Shown piece after piece: positions 26,280 through 37,997 of a DNA stretch of 64,000 nt. Under the pieces are notes generated by a model that did no database searches, was not told the origin of the DNA, and saw only the letters and a list, made by a program, of their open reading frames with translations. Each line of letters starts with the position of its first letter. Within the stretch, counting starts at the first letter, position 1. The DNA is from Lama guanicoe (lineage: Eukaryota), in contig MU056050.1 in NCBI GenBank assembly GCA_013239625.1, positions 366,504 through 430,503 of the forward strand, given 5' to 3'. A program made the translations under genes and the position numbers.

Positions 26280-26955
26280 TCCCTCAGTTTATTTGTGAAC
26301 ATGAAACCCAGTGATGAATTATCATCTTGATGACCTAAAAGGAGAAAATGTTCTGCATAACAGTGAACCAAAATTGATGGGAACACAAAGGGCGGAGGTG
26401 GGGATACTATATCTGTGTTCAGGAAAACTGACAGTCTGACAATTTAAAAAAATCAATCTTTCTTTCTTTCTTTCTTTCTTTCTTCCTTTCTTCCTTTCTT
26501 CCTTTCTTCCTTTCTTCCTTTCTTTCTCTTTCTTTTCTTTTTCTTTTCTTTTCTTTTTCTTGGCCAAGAGAGGGGCAAATAAAAACTCACATAAGATAAG
26601 AAGAAAATATAAAGATAGGGAATATTTATTTACCATAAAGAGTTGAAATCAGTACAGACTGTAGTCAAGACTACTTACTTCATACCCTCCTCCTGTCAGT
26701 AAGATGACATTTTAAAATCATTCCATAGTGAGCAACTTTGTTCTTTCTTCCCCAGCTACCCATCTTCTCCAACTTTGTGGGACCATTAACTTGGAGACAA
26801 TGCTCAAGGGCTGCATCTGTTGTCAAATGCAAGTTCATATGCCTGATGCACAGTGAGGCCAAACAAACCAAAACATAGGAGTTTGGAGCAGAGAAAGGTT
26901 TACTACAGAGCCAAGCAATGAGAATGGATAGCTTGATCTCAAAAAACTCAAACTG
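26280..26955 (-). mobile_element. TSD-flanked retroposed insertion: LTR R-U5 plus unique sequence
   Basis: Direct repeat ctagattaaatagtttttt at 26261-26279 and 26956-26974; minus-strand AATAAA at 26288-26293 next to the T-run; LTR-like R-U5 at about 26820-26955. Confidence 0.7.
26458..26562. repeat. (CTTT)n/(CCTT)n pyrimidine microsatellite
   Basis: Visible directly. Confidence 0.9.
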
Positions 26956-28017
26956 CTAGATTAAATAGTTTTTTGTTAACTAGTCTGGACAGGAAGGCAT
27001 CTTGTTTATCATAGATCTGGCCATTTGCTTCACATTGAGAAAAGGAACCATACTTGGTAGGAATAGGGAAATCACTGTGGAGTGGGAAGGCCAGTGGAGT
27101 GAGTTTAAGAGTGTGTCCTGTGCTCAAAAGGAGGGTGTCCTCTCTTGTGGCAGTTATATCTAAGGGGTAGTGTAAGTTGTATGTTTATATCTTAGGAACA
27201 GCTTGTATTGACATAGATACTGGTCATATAATAGGTGCTCAAATATTTGTGGAACACTGAATGAATGAATGAATTGAACACCAATGGAGAAAAGTAATCT
27301 GTGAGGACAGGTTACCTTTTGTGTTTATGATTTGTTTAAGTTTTTTAAGTTTATAGTTCTGGAGTTTCCCTTAAGTGGAAAATTTTCCTAGTATCTAGCG
27401 TTTACTTTTAAAATAATCTTTATTTTGAAATAATTATAGAATTTTTGAAAGTTGCAATACTCATACAGAGAGATACTGTATACCCTTGAAGCTTTACTTT
27501 TTAAAAAAAATGTACTGCAGTATTTAACATTCTAGACACTTCAAATGATAACCAAGAACATTCTGGTTATTCTTGATAGATTGAAACTTACACTGGGCTC
27601 TTAAAGATAGATTGGATATATAATTATTGTTTTAATGTGTCCTTTATATAAAGCCACCATTTAGTGATTAAAGCAATAGAACAACTGATATTTATTTCAG
27701 TTCTAATATTTATATGCAAGAAATTTTATCTCCTTTTTTGCATGTCATCTTCTTCTTCCTCTTCTCCTTTTGTTGGCATTGGGTTATATAGTATTAACAT
27801 TTGACTTAAAGACCGAGAATGGTGATTAGATTCACTCATTTAGCATTTATTGAGTTTTTGCAGTGTGCCCATAGATTCTGCTAGGTCCCTGCCCTCAAGG
27901 AGTTAATGGTCTAGGCGAGGATGCAAATTGGTTTCAAAGTGGCTTAAGTAGTAACATGACACCCCCTCTCCAAAGTATTTCGATAGATAAATAGTTTTCT
28001 TAGCTGTGTGTTTTCAG

Positions 28018-28085
28018 GCAATCATGGCAGAAGGAAAACAGCATGCTCTGTGTGTTGGAGTCATGAAGATGTCTGCAGAAGATAT
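28018..28085 (+). CDS. MCTS1: MCTS1 exon 5
   Basis: tttcag|GCA ATC...[24 protein letters not shown]|gtaagt, 68 nt. Confidence 0.97.
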
Positions 28086-28847
28086 GTAAGTTTCTCACAT
28101 TAGGCCCTCTTAGCTTTTGAGATATAGGTAACTTATGCAGGAAGCATCAGAATTACAGGTGAAATTGCTCTCATTCATACCACATCTTACAAATATTTAA
28201 GCATAGAAGCCTCATTTCTGATTTTTCCTAGCACTAAAGAAGCCATTGAAACCGATTTTATCTCTGGGATTGCATTCTTTCTTAAGCACTCTGAAAAGAA
28301 CCCGTGTGCCAATACAGCTGTTTTATATATGTGTGTGTGGTATTTTAGGAACTTTTAAATTTAGTGTGATTTAAATTAGGTTTGGGGAAAGATGTTTTGC
28401 TGCTAGTTTTTAAAACAGTGACGTAATTCAGCACCACACTGTGTTCATCTTATTATTTTGACCTGGTGGTGTAAAATATTAAGGAAATATTAAAGATATG
28501 TTGCCAAAATATAGTCAATATACTTAAAAACATTGCAACTCATCTGATTAAATTATTCCTACTAATTTTATTTCAGAGCTAATTATAACACTTTGATATT
28601 CTCCTGGTATGGTGACATCATTAATCTGTTTCTGTAGACCCACTAGTTAGATCACTAGAATCACTTTAAGACATTAACTGCAGCAGAGTAATGTAGTTTA
28701 ATATAGATGATAATAGTGTAATATAAATAAATTTCCTACATGTGGCTCAATAATTGGAAAATAGCAGTGCACCCTGAATTATATTTACCATGAGTAGGCC
28801 TATAAAAATACGTAACAATATGTTTATGTGCTTTATTCCTTCTGCAG

Positions 28848-28929
28848 TGAGAAAGTCAACAAAGGAATTGGCATTGAAAATATCCATTATTTAAATGATG
28901 GGCTGTGGCATATGAAGACATATAAATGA
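28848..28929 (+). CDS. MCTS1: MCTS1 exon 6 (final coding)
   Basis: ctgcag|T GAG AAA...[29 protein letters not shown], 82 nt. Confidence 0.97.
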
Positions 28930-29029
28930 GCCTCAGAAGGAATGTGCTTGGGCTAAATATGGATATTGTGCTGTATCTGTGTTTGTGTCTGTGTCACAGC
29001 ATGAAGATAATACCTCTGTGGTTATGCTG

Positions 29030-29040
29030 AATAAATTAAA
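29030..29040 (+). terminator. MCTS1: MCTS1 proximal polyadenylation signal
   Basis: Overlapping AATAAA/ATTAAA 100 nt after the stop, followed by T-rich sequence. Confidence 0.7.
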
Positions 29041-32000
29041 CAGATGCTAAACTTCTGTTAGCTTCAAAGATTATTTTAGTTTTTCTTAAACTCCAGCTAA
29101 ATTTAAACTTAGACATTAAAAGGTATCTGGTAAGTAACCAAACTCAGACAATTTAATGTTCTTTCTTAGGCTAATGATGTAAGATGAAGGGCAAGACTCA
29201 GTAAGTGAACTTGCCAGTGTGTGGCTGATCCCACAGAGAATCTGACTACTTAATGGGGCTGGAAGCTAGATTGGGATTTTTATCCCATTACCCCAGGGCA
29301 CCTAGAAGTGTCCCTTCTCTTTTGTGTGTTTTTTGTTTGTGTTGTTGTTTAACTTTCCATTATGGAAAATTCTGAACATATACAGAAGTATGGGGAGAAC
29401 AGTATAATGGACCTTTTCTGTATCCATCACCCAGCTTTAATTCATGGCCAGTATTATTTCATCTATGTCTCACTCAACTTCTTCCCACCCTACTCCCTGA
29501 TTATTTTGAAGCAAATCCCAGGTATATCGTTTCACCCATAATTACCTTGATATGTATCTTTAAAAGATAAGTGTTTTTTAAAAAAGCATAACCACAATAT
29601 CATTATCACGCCTAAAAAATTTAACTGTTTCTTAATATGGTCAAATATCTGGACTGTGTTCAAATGTGTGACAAATGGACTTAACTGTTTTTCTTTTTAA
29701 TTTTTTTTAACTGTTGGTTTGCTTGAAATTGGTATCTGACAAAGTCCATATATTGCATTTGGTTGTTACTTATTTAAGTCTCTTTTAATCTATCAGTTCT
29801 ATCTTCTTTAAATTAATTATTTAAGAAATTCTAGTTGTTTTGTCTTACAGAGTTTCCTCCCACATTCTGGATTTTGTTGATTGTATCACCATAAAGTAAT
29901 TTAACTTGTTTTTATGCCCCTGGATAGCCTGTAAACAGATAGGCTTGATCAGATTCAGGTTCAATTTATTTAATGCCCTCTCTTGAAGCTGGGTAAAATC
30001 AGACTACACAGATGCCTATAACTTCCAGATTTGAGTCCCCACAGTATTCCCCAAAGAATGTGTAGCACCTATCATAAGTGGCATATGAAGGCCCTGGACC
30101 TACTTCAGTAAGAATAGTCAGCTGTTCTGAGAGTTAAATGAATGGTTATGAATTTATATAAGTGAAAACAGGCTTTTCTTCCTAATAACATTGCTGTTAC
30201 ACTATGTCTCAGCCATCTTCATTTGGTTGTTTACAAATACATGACATGTGATTTTATTTTTCAGATGGATACAGACATTCACAAGATTGTGGTGACCTGT
30301 GTTACAGTTAGAAGTTGGTGAGAAAGGTGAGGGTGGATAGTAAAAAGAGAAAAATCATTTGGCTGGCTGTTGCAGCTGGGCCTCCCAAGATACAATATAG
30401 GTGAAGAGTAGAGATCCAGGGTCTGACTCAGATTGAAAAACTATTTCCCACTAACAAAACCTGTAAGACTTGGAGATTCCCACGTTAGAATGTAAATATA
30501 TTAATTTATGGTGATACATCTGCTTAGGGGAAACAATCAGTAAACAGGAAGTTTCTTGGTGAACATGGATACGAGTGAAGGAAGTTTGGTAATTTGGGGG
30601 AATATTTAATCTGGGCTGGGGTAAGGCTTGGAGAATTTTTCCTGCTTCATCATTAATTAGAATGCTTATGTCTGTCAAAATCTTTCTTTCCTAGCCCAGA
30701 GAGGTGCCCTGATATTTTACTTCCTATGTCCTTTTTAAGTTCTATGTAGAATATTTTCCTTTGTTATGACGGTTATATTCTATGACTTACCATATTATTA
30801 TATTGTATTATTTATTCCTGGTAGATAAAAGTATAAATAATCTCACCAGTAACACAATTATAAATTATCTTTGAGGGTAGGTTTCTTCAATAGATAGTCT
30901 CTTTTATGCTGACTTACTAGTTTCAAATTTAGATGTCTCCCCATTTAGGGGAGAGGCACCCTATTCAAGGCTTTATAATTTTAAAAAGAGAACATTTAAG
31001 TCATTTATGTCAAAACGAAACTTTGAACCTTTAATTTTGGTATTAAGACAATGTTAGTGACCAAGATTGGCTATGGAGTGTTAGCAATGAAAAACAAAGC
31101 ACACACAACATACTAGAGAAGTTTTAATTGCCTGATTTCTGAAATAATTTATCCACGTTTCTAACGACTGTTACGGGGGGTGTAGGGAACACTTTAAAAA
31201 TATTCAGCATCATCTGTGCTTGTTTCTCTACTGTGTCCAGGTATATTGACTTTGTTGCCTTGGTGATGTGGACTAAATACGTATGTTTCCTGCTTCCCCT
31301 GGGTCTGAGGCCTCAGGTCATGGAGTTAATCAGGGGTGTCAGTCTGCACGTGGGAGCCTGTTCAGGTTCTAAATGTTATTAGGTCACGCAGGGAAGCCAA
31401 TTCAGAGGTTAAACTAGCAGATATCTCAGTCTCTTTATGCACTATGCTTAAAGGAAACTTAGTTTACCCACATTCCTTAGAGTAGGAATACAAGGAGAGC
31501 CTGTTTTCTTGCAGGCAGTGTGTCTTCAGTTGTTTTCAATTTCAGAATTAATTTTGTGTCAAGCCAACTGACAATCTAGCCATTTTTGTGTATCTGATAA
31601 CACTTTTACTCAGCCAAGGTTAGTTCAGCTCAGTGGACTTTTATTGAACATCTACTAGGTTTTAGGTATGTGGCACAAAGATGAATAATACACTAATGAC
31701 CTTTGCCATTAAGGAGCTTCCAGTCTAGTGAGTAAATTTACATTTGAAAAAATTTGGGTAATGGTGATAGCCCAATACCAATTTATAAAGCCAGGAGGAA
31801 GTTACTAATACTTTTCTAATTTCAGTCATCAAAATTTGTAAATTATACATGAACAAAATATAAAAATATTCCATAGATTGTATCCAATGTGAGGTTAAAA
31901 AAATCCAGATGTCTTAGAGTTGCAATTCAGTATTCCAGCTCAGATGGTTGTCCCATTGTGCAGTAATATAAAGGCCAGATCAGCCCTCTTCTAGCTGACT

Positions 32001-35000
32001 ATTATAGTGGTTGGTGGTATTCTGTTGGCAGCTGCATTTTTCCTTTTTTTTTAAAAAAATATATTCTGGACCCAAAACAAGCAGCTGGATTTATCACAGG
32101 GGTAGCCATGAACATTTCTAGTTTCTGTTAGTCTCCAAGCAGAAAGTCAAATGACATGTCAATGTTTATATCCAGCCAAGCTCCCCCTGCAAGTAAAATC
32201 AGCTACTTGAGGTTACAGTATTTCTAAGCATAGTACTTCAGAAGATAAAAGAATGGCAAATGACCAAATTTGTAGAGGTATTTCATTATAATAAATACTT
32301 CACTTTTTTGTTGTTCATGAGAATATTAAAAAAGTAGCAATTATCTATTAATGGGAATATGAAATGAATGTATGCCCAAACAAAATGTGGTAAATATTTT
32401 AACTTTGTTTACCTAGGTTTCTTAATTTTGAGAATATATCTCTCAAGGCTCTTCAGGAAACTCAAAATGTTCCAATTTCTAAAGGAATATCTACTAAAAC
32501 TGATTTATAATGAGAGGAAAAAATGTGTGCATCCTACGTCAATAGCCATCATTTCTGAGTTCTCAAGCAATCAGAAACTTACTCAGATTATTCAATCTGT
32601 CAGAATTAGGCCATTAAAATATATTTTGAAAGCCCTTCAGAACACTTATATTTAGTATGTTATTCATTGTATTAAGGCAGTAAAAATTAGATTAAATAAT
32701 ATTCTTAATATACTAGTCGCTCAGCCATAGTTCCTAAAGAAATCATGCCTGTCAACATGGAGACTGATGCATGTAAATGTATACTGTGTATTATATGTTT
32801 TTACATGTTGTATGTATACTTTATACTTTTTTAATAGGTGAAAGAATGAGTAGATATAATGAACTATAACATTAATGTGTTTAATACTGTATTAAAACTA
32901 ATTAAGTACTTGTAAAGGACTACAACTCCATCAGAATAGGAGTGAATGAACGGGATTGAAAACCAGTTTTAAAATCTATGCTGAGACTGTTAGACTGGTT
33001 GGTTGGTTGGTTGGTTGTTTGGTTGGTTTAGGAGGCTGGCCTCTTGGAGAATGTAATGTATATATGGAAAGAGATATGGGAGATGATTTACTGGAATTTA
33101 TCCTAATAATATCATGTTCATTAGAACAGGTCACAGGGAGGAAAAATACATTTTAAAAAAATCTAAGCTAATTAGTACTATTAATATTTGCCTCTTGGAG
33201 TGAAAAATTAAACACCAGATTTTATCCCTGAACAATTTGAGAAACAAGAGATCAATTAGTGAAATAATTTCTACTCAAAGCTCTGGTTGTTACAGAGAAT
33301 GATATGCCTTACTATTGTCTAATTCTAGTTAAATGGATTATCTTCTACATTAAAAATTTTTAATCTCATTTTAAAAGTAAAACAAATCATGATTTCCACA
33401 TCATAGTTTTTATTGCTCTTCTTGTTCCATTCCCCAATTTTAAAATACTTTAATTTTAGCCAATATGTGAATATAGGGCACTTCTAAGGCATAATCATTT
33501 ACTTCACTCCCTTCAAGTTCATTGTAAATGTTCTCAAAACTTTACCATGGGGGGGAAACCCTAAGTTTAAAATGTACAAAGATTTACTTTTAGTGTTTTA
33601 TCACAAGACTTGATTGTCCATGATAACTGTTAACTTTCTTTTAATCTATGGTGAAATAAGTAATTTCTTCTGATTTTCACAAGCATGTGAGCAAAAGTCT
33701 GTGTTTTAAGCAATAAATCATTTAAACACTTGCCTAGAGAAAGTGCCATTTCTCCAAACATATGCCTTGAAAACAAATCAAATTCAGTTACCTTTTTGTC
33801 TCAAGGAAAGCCATACTGGGGAGACTTTCAAGGTTGGGCAATCCATTTTTATTCTTACCAACTTCTGTTTCCAATGGGGACACTTTCTGTCTTTGTCCCC
33901 AAATGCTAGGATTGTCCTATACTGATGCATGATGAAGCCCTGAGGCTTGGAAACTTGCAAACCAATAAGATGATTTTGTGATGAAACTGCATGTTAGATT
34001 GATACTATTAATAGCCCTTGAATGAGCTTAAATTTGAGACAACTTTTAAAAGCAGCATGCTGTGGGCATCTGATGTGAACCCCCTCACAGCCTGCCCTCC
34101 ACCTCTTCCCCTGTGTCATCACTCCCAACTCAAAGGACAAAAAAAAAAAAAGCAGCATGCACTTTCTTCTAGTTTCGTTTCTCTATCAGTGGGGCGTGAA
34201 ATGTGTTTCTGCATACCGGATTTTTAACAAATTTTTAGTTTCCCATGATCTGAAAGATGTTGTATGCACTTCTTACTCTGAATGCTATTTTCTTCAGTTC
34301 TAATGCTGCCTCATTCAGAATTCATTTTTTAAATCCAAAATTCACTGTTCACTTAAACATCTGGATTAAATTGGGCAGGGTGAGGAGGATGAGAGGAGAG
34401 TCCTTTGTGCCCTGTAGGCTCTGGACAGCTTTCTTAGAGAGTTGACTTATCCAGGATTAGGAAAAAGTATGCTTTTGCATGACTAAGATCTTTCTAAAGT
34501 TTGCTTGTGTAAGCATTTTAGATTTAAGAAAGTTCAACCTGAAATGCATTTGAATACAGAGTAGAAAGAGTCTCATTTAGTGGGATAACAGCAATCTAAC
34601 CCTTCTAATTAATGTCTATCTCCTAAATAGCTTTTGAAAAAGCACGTGACTGGAAGCTATTTTTCACTGGCAATGCTTTATACTGTTTAAAAAATAGTAG
34701 GAGGTAAAATGTAGTAAAAACTTGGACACTTATACTGCACTTATTTATTTTGTGTTTGTTTTACAAGGTTAAAATTTTATATTTTGTAAAATGCTCTGAA
34801 AGGAGTCCACAAAGTAATTCCACTTTCTTGCTCCCAAATGCAGAAGTATGAGAGTAGGCACATGGCCTCATTAGCTTCTGGGTGTTGTCAAACCCAGTTT
34901 CCTCTCAAGTACCAAATGCCTAGATGCATTTACTGGGGATGCAAGAGTCTCACTTAAGCAAGAGTTTTTTTTGTCGATATAAAGAGAAGCATCTTGATTA

Positions 35001-35269
35001 AAGTGTGAGGAGACAGAAACCATACTGATTTGGGTGATTTCGGCTCCAATAATACCTAATTTGCGGTGGAAGGGAAACATGTTCTAAGTTAATGATCTTA
35101 AAAGCAACTTTCAAATTTCTTCTTAAAAAATATTTACTTTATAAAAAAGCTGCTTGAGGAAGAGCTGTTTTATTGCATGGCACAGATTCAATATACAGAT
35201 GTTATCTTAGAACTATTAATTAAGGAGTTCCCTTGTGGATGTGAATATTCAATACCAGCTGTTATTCAC

Positions 35270-36345
35270 ATCAATATTTTAATATTTTACCAGAAAGATA
35301 TTTAATAAAAAGGATTGGTACATTTTAACTGTGTAAAGTGCTAGTTAAACTTGTTCAAATGGGTCAGAGGGAAAGGGAAATAACATTTCTTGAGTATCTA
35401 CTATACCACAAGCTCAACTTATTTATCTTGCTTAATCCTTATGACTATCCCGTGAGGTAGATTTTAATTCTCATTTTATAAATGAGAAAACTAAGGCTCC
35501 AGAAGGGTTGTATAACTTTCCTGAAGATACATTGCTAATAAATGTCAGAACTGGGATTTGAACCTAGGTCTCCCTGATTGCAAATCTTGTTTTGCAGAAA
35601 ATCTCATATTTCATAAAATGTTAATTAACCTCAGCCCACAGTCACATCACCATCTTTGTCTATGGACAATTGGAGAGAAGTGTAAGTTGGCCAAGCCTCT
35701 GTTCCACAGTGGGAAAATTTGGGTAGGATTAGAACGTGGTAAGAGTGGGCTGCTTGCACAGTGTGCTTCTGAAGGAATGTTCTATTTCTCTCTTCATCAG
35801 CAGGGTGTCCTGGGAAAATCTTTTGAAATTGGACTTAGTCCTGAACTTTTATTATTAGTCACCTGCAAGCTAAGTGATTTGTGACCATTTAAAGGTTATG
35901 CCATTTAGAAGCCTTTGCTGGATTTTTTCACAAGATGATACAAGGGGGAGGGTGAGTAAGTGGGGAGATGAGAGTATAGAGTGTAATGTGCAAAGGCAGA
36001 GCTAGCAGCTGCTTTGTGACAATCAATTCATCCAAAAGGTAGGTGGGGAAAAGGATTAGCAAATATTAAAATTAATGACAGGAGTAGTTTGGTTCAGTTA
36101 TAATCAAAGCGAAAAGGCTGAGGGCTGTAATCTATATTTTGCTCCAGATCTAATGAGTTAATTTTGAGAAAGAGGATCCAGTGATTGAACTCCTGCAAGG
36201 AGATGGCCTGGGGCCTGCTAAAAGTCAGGTGGCAATTTCCATAGCATTCAAAAAAACCAGAAAAATAAATAGGACTTTTAGAAGAAACTTCAATTTTTCT
36301 TTCATTCACTGTCAGCCCTGGGGTAGGGAGGGAGGTTGTCTCACA
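35270..36345 (-). pseudogene. Putative decayed extracellular leucine-rich-repeat (LRR + LRRCT) gene fossil
   Basis: Ordered minus-strand motifs broken by frameshifts and stops: signal-peptide-like MKEKLKFLLKVLFIFLVFLNA, SITGSSFSKLTH, LDLEQN, GLANL..W*CDCGLR, QLKCTNP..YLSGKILKY. Confidence 0.5.
35380..35590 (-). mobile_element. MIR SINE
   Basis: cattttataaatgagaaaactaaggctc...gaactgggatttgaacctaggtct. Confidence 0.8.
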
Positions 36346-36373
36346 CTTCTGGAATTGGTTAGATCTGTGCTGT
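36112..36373. repeat. Old local duplication, copy A
   Basis: Aligns without gaps over about 200 bp with 37750-37949 (offset 1638), plus a shared tail cttctggaattggttaga.ctgtg.tgt. Confidence 0.9.
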
Positions 36374-36599
36374 AACTGTAAAATACACACTTGATTTCAA
36401 AGACTTAATGAAAAAAAGAATGTAAACTATCTCATTTTTTTCTGTTTATTACATGTTGAAATGACAGTATTTTGGATAAGTTGGGTGAAATAAAATATAA
36501 TACTAAAAGTAATTTCACATGTGTCTTTTTTAATGTGGTTACTAGAAAATTTAAAACTACACATGTGGCTCACATTTTATTTCTATTGGATGGCACTGG
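36364..36599. mobile_element. MER33/MER3-like hAT-Charlie element
   Basis: aaaatacacacttgatttcaaagactta...tacatgttgaaatgacagtattttggata...aatgtggttactagaaaatttaaaactacacatgtggctcacatt...ctattggatggcactg. Confidence 0.7.
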
Positions 36600-37749
36600 A
36601 ATGGAGAAGGGCAGTATTCCCTGAAGCTTCCTTCTGGAGGTGAGTGCCTTAGAGTAGGAAATATGAAAAAGAAGATTCTCAGTGCCAGTAGAGTCTTCCA
36701 TCAGGCTAATACCACTTTTCACCTCAGATGGTGTGGGGCTGGTGTTCTGACTATTAGAGCATCCTCACTTATGCAACACTTTGAGTACCTTTGTGGATGT
36801 CTTATCAGTCACTCACTAGAAGCATTTCTTACTTTTTTTTTCAAATGCAAGCCTGTCACATATTGAAGGCATCCTTCCTCCCATCCATCCATAGAAAATC
36901 TGAGTCTTGTTTTTAGGCCCTGCTCTTTCTGCCAGGGCTTTCACTAAATTTCCAAAGCAATGGTAAAGCCAATGTGGCCATTTTTGCATGGAATCAGTGA
37001 AAACTACCAAGGAAATGGAAATTATGTGGGTTAATAGTATTTATCAAATTGAGGACTTTAAGGCAGGAAGGACCATCATTTTCTAATAATAAACAATGGC
37101 TTGTTTTATTGCTCATGCAAAGCTTACATGAAGTGATTGTTTGACTCCCTGTATGAATCATGTGTTCGGGGTCTTTTTGCTTTCCACGAAATACCAAACC
37201 TAGTGTTGAGCTCATAGATACTCAATATACAAGGAATAGTATAGTGTACAGACTCCACACAAATAAAGGTGGATCTCTCTTTTTTTTAAAATTATGCTAG
37301 AGACCCCAGATACACACTATCATTTCATACTTTCTAAACAAGTTATTTTCCCCATTACCCTTTAAACACTTTATAGAATTTTTTCTTTGATACTGGAATG
37401 GAATGATTATTTTTTTCATTAGACTTTGCGGGACTCCTTTGTGGGAAGGTTAGCAAAAATTTCCAAATTTCTTTGCCAAAAGAAAGCTAAACTTACAAAC
37501 ATGTTCTTCACATAACCACTCAGATATGTATTCAAGTCAGCTGGCACTAAAAGGAACACAATATATTAAATATATGAGTGGGAAATTAGTGGTACATCAT
37601 TACTAGACTCTGCTTTCAGTAACTTTTCTAATACAGATATGCCCTGCTTTAAGAAAGCTCAATAGATGGGTTTGTTTAAATGCACTGCAGAAAAACCTGG
37701 GCATTTTAAGTCAGACTTGATATGCAAGCAATCTGTTAGCTACATGGAA

Positions 37750-37997
37750 AAAAAGCCAAGAGGTCTAATACATATTTTGTTCCAAATCCAACGTTTTGCT
37801 TTTGAGAAAGAAGATCCAGTGATTGAAACTGTCCAAGGAGGTGGCCTGGGGACTGCTAAAAGTCAGGTTGCAGTTTCCACTGCATTCAATAAAACCATGA
37901 AGATTAATACAACTTTTAAAAGAAACTTTAAGTTTTCTCTCACTCATTTCTCAGCCAGTGGGTCTCATACTTCTGGAATTGGTTAGACCTGTGTTGT
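37750..37997. repeat. Old local duplication, copy B
   Basis: Paralogue of 36112-36373, followed by a MER33/MER3-like start ctgtgttgtccaatacagtagccattagcca. Confidence 0.9.

Larger units (their letters stand above)
25615..28017 (+). other. MCTS1: U12-type (minor spliceosome) GT-AG intron 4 of MCTS1
   Basis: 5' splice site GTATCCTT; branch-like TTTTCTTAGC at 27995-28004, 13 nt before the end of the AG; no long polypyrimidine tract. Confidence 0.85.

Noticed and set aside
26322..26636. Lys/Glu/Arg-rich 104-aa ORF
   Set aside because: Translation of the CTTT/CCTT microsatellite.
34870..35200. Possible Ig-like continuation of the LRR fossil (PPQIRYYWS on the minus strand)
   Set aside because: A single short motif; too weak to support without an alignment.
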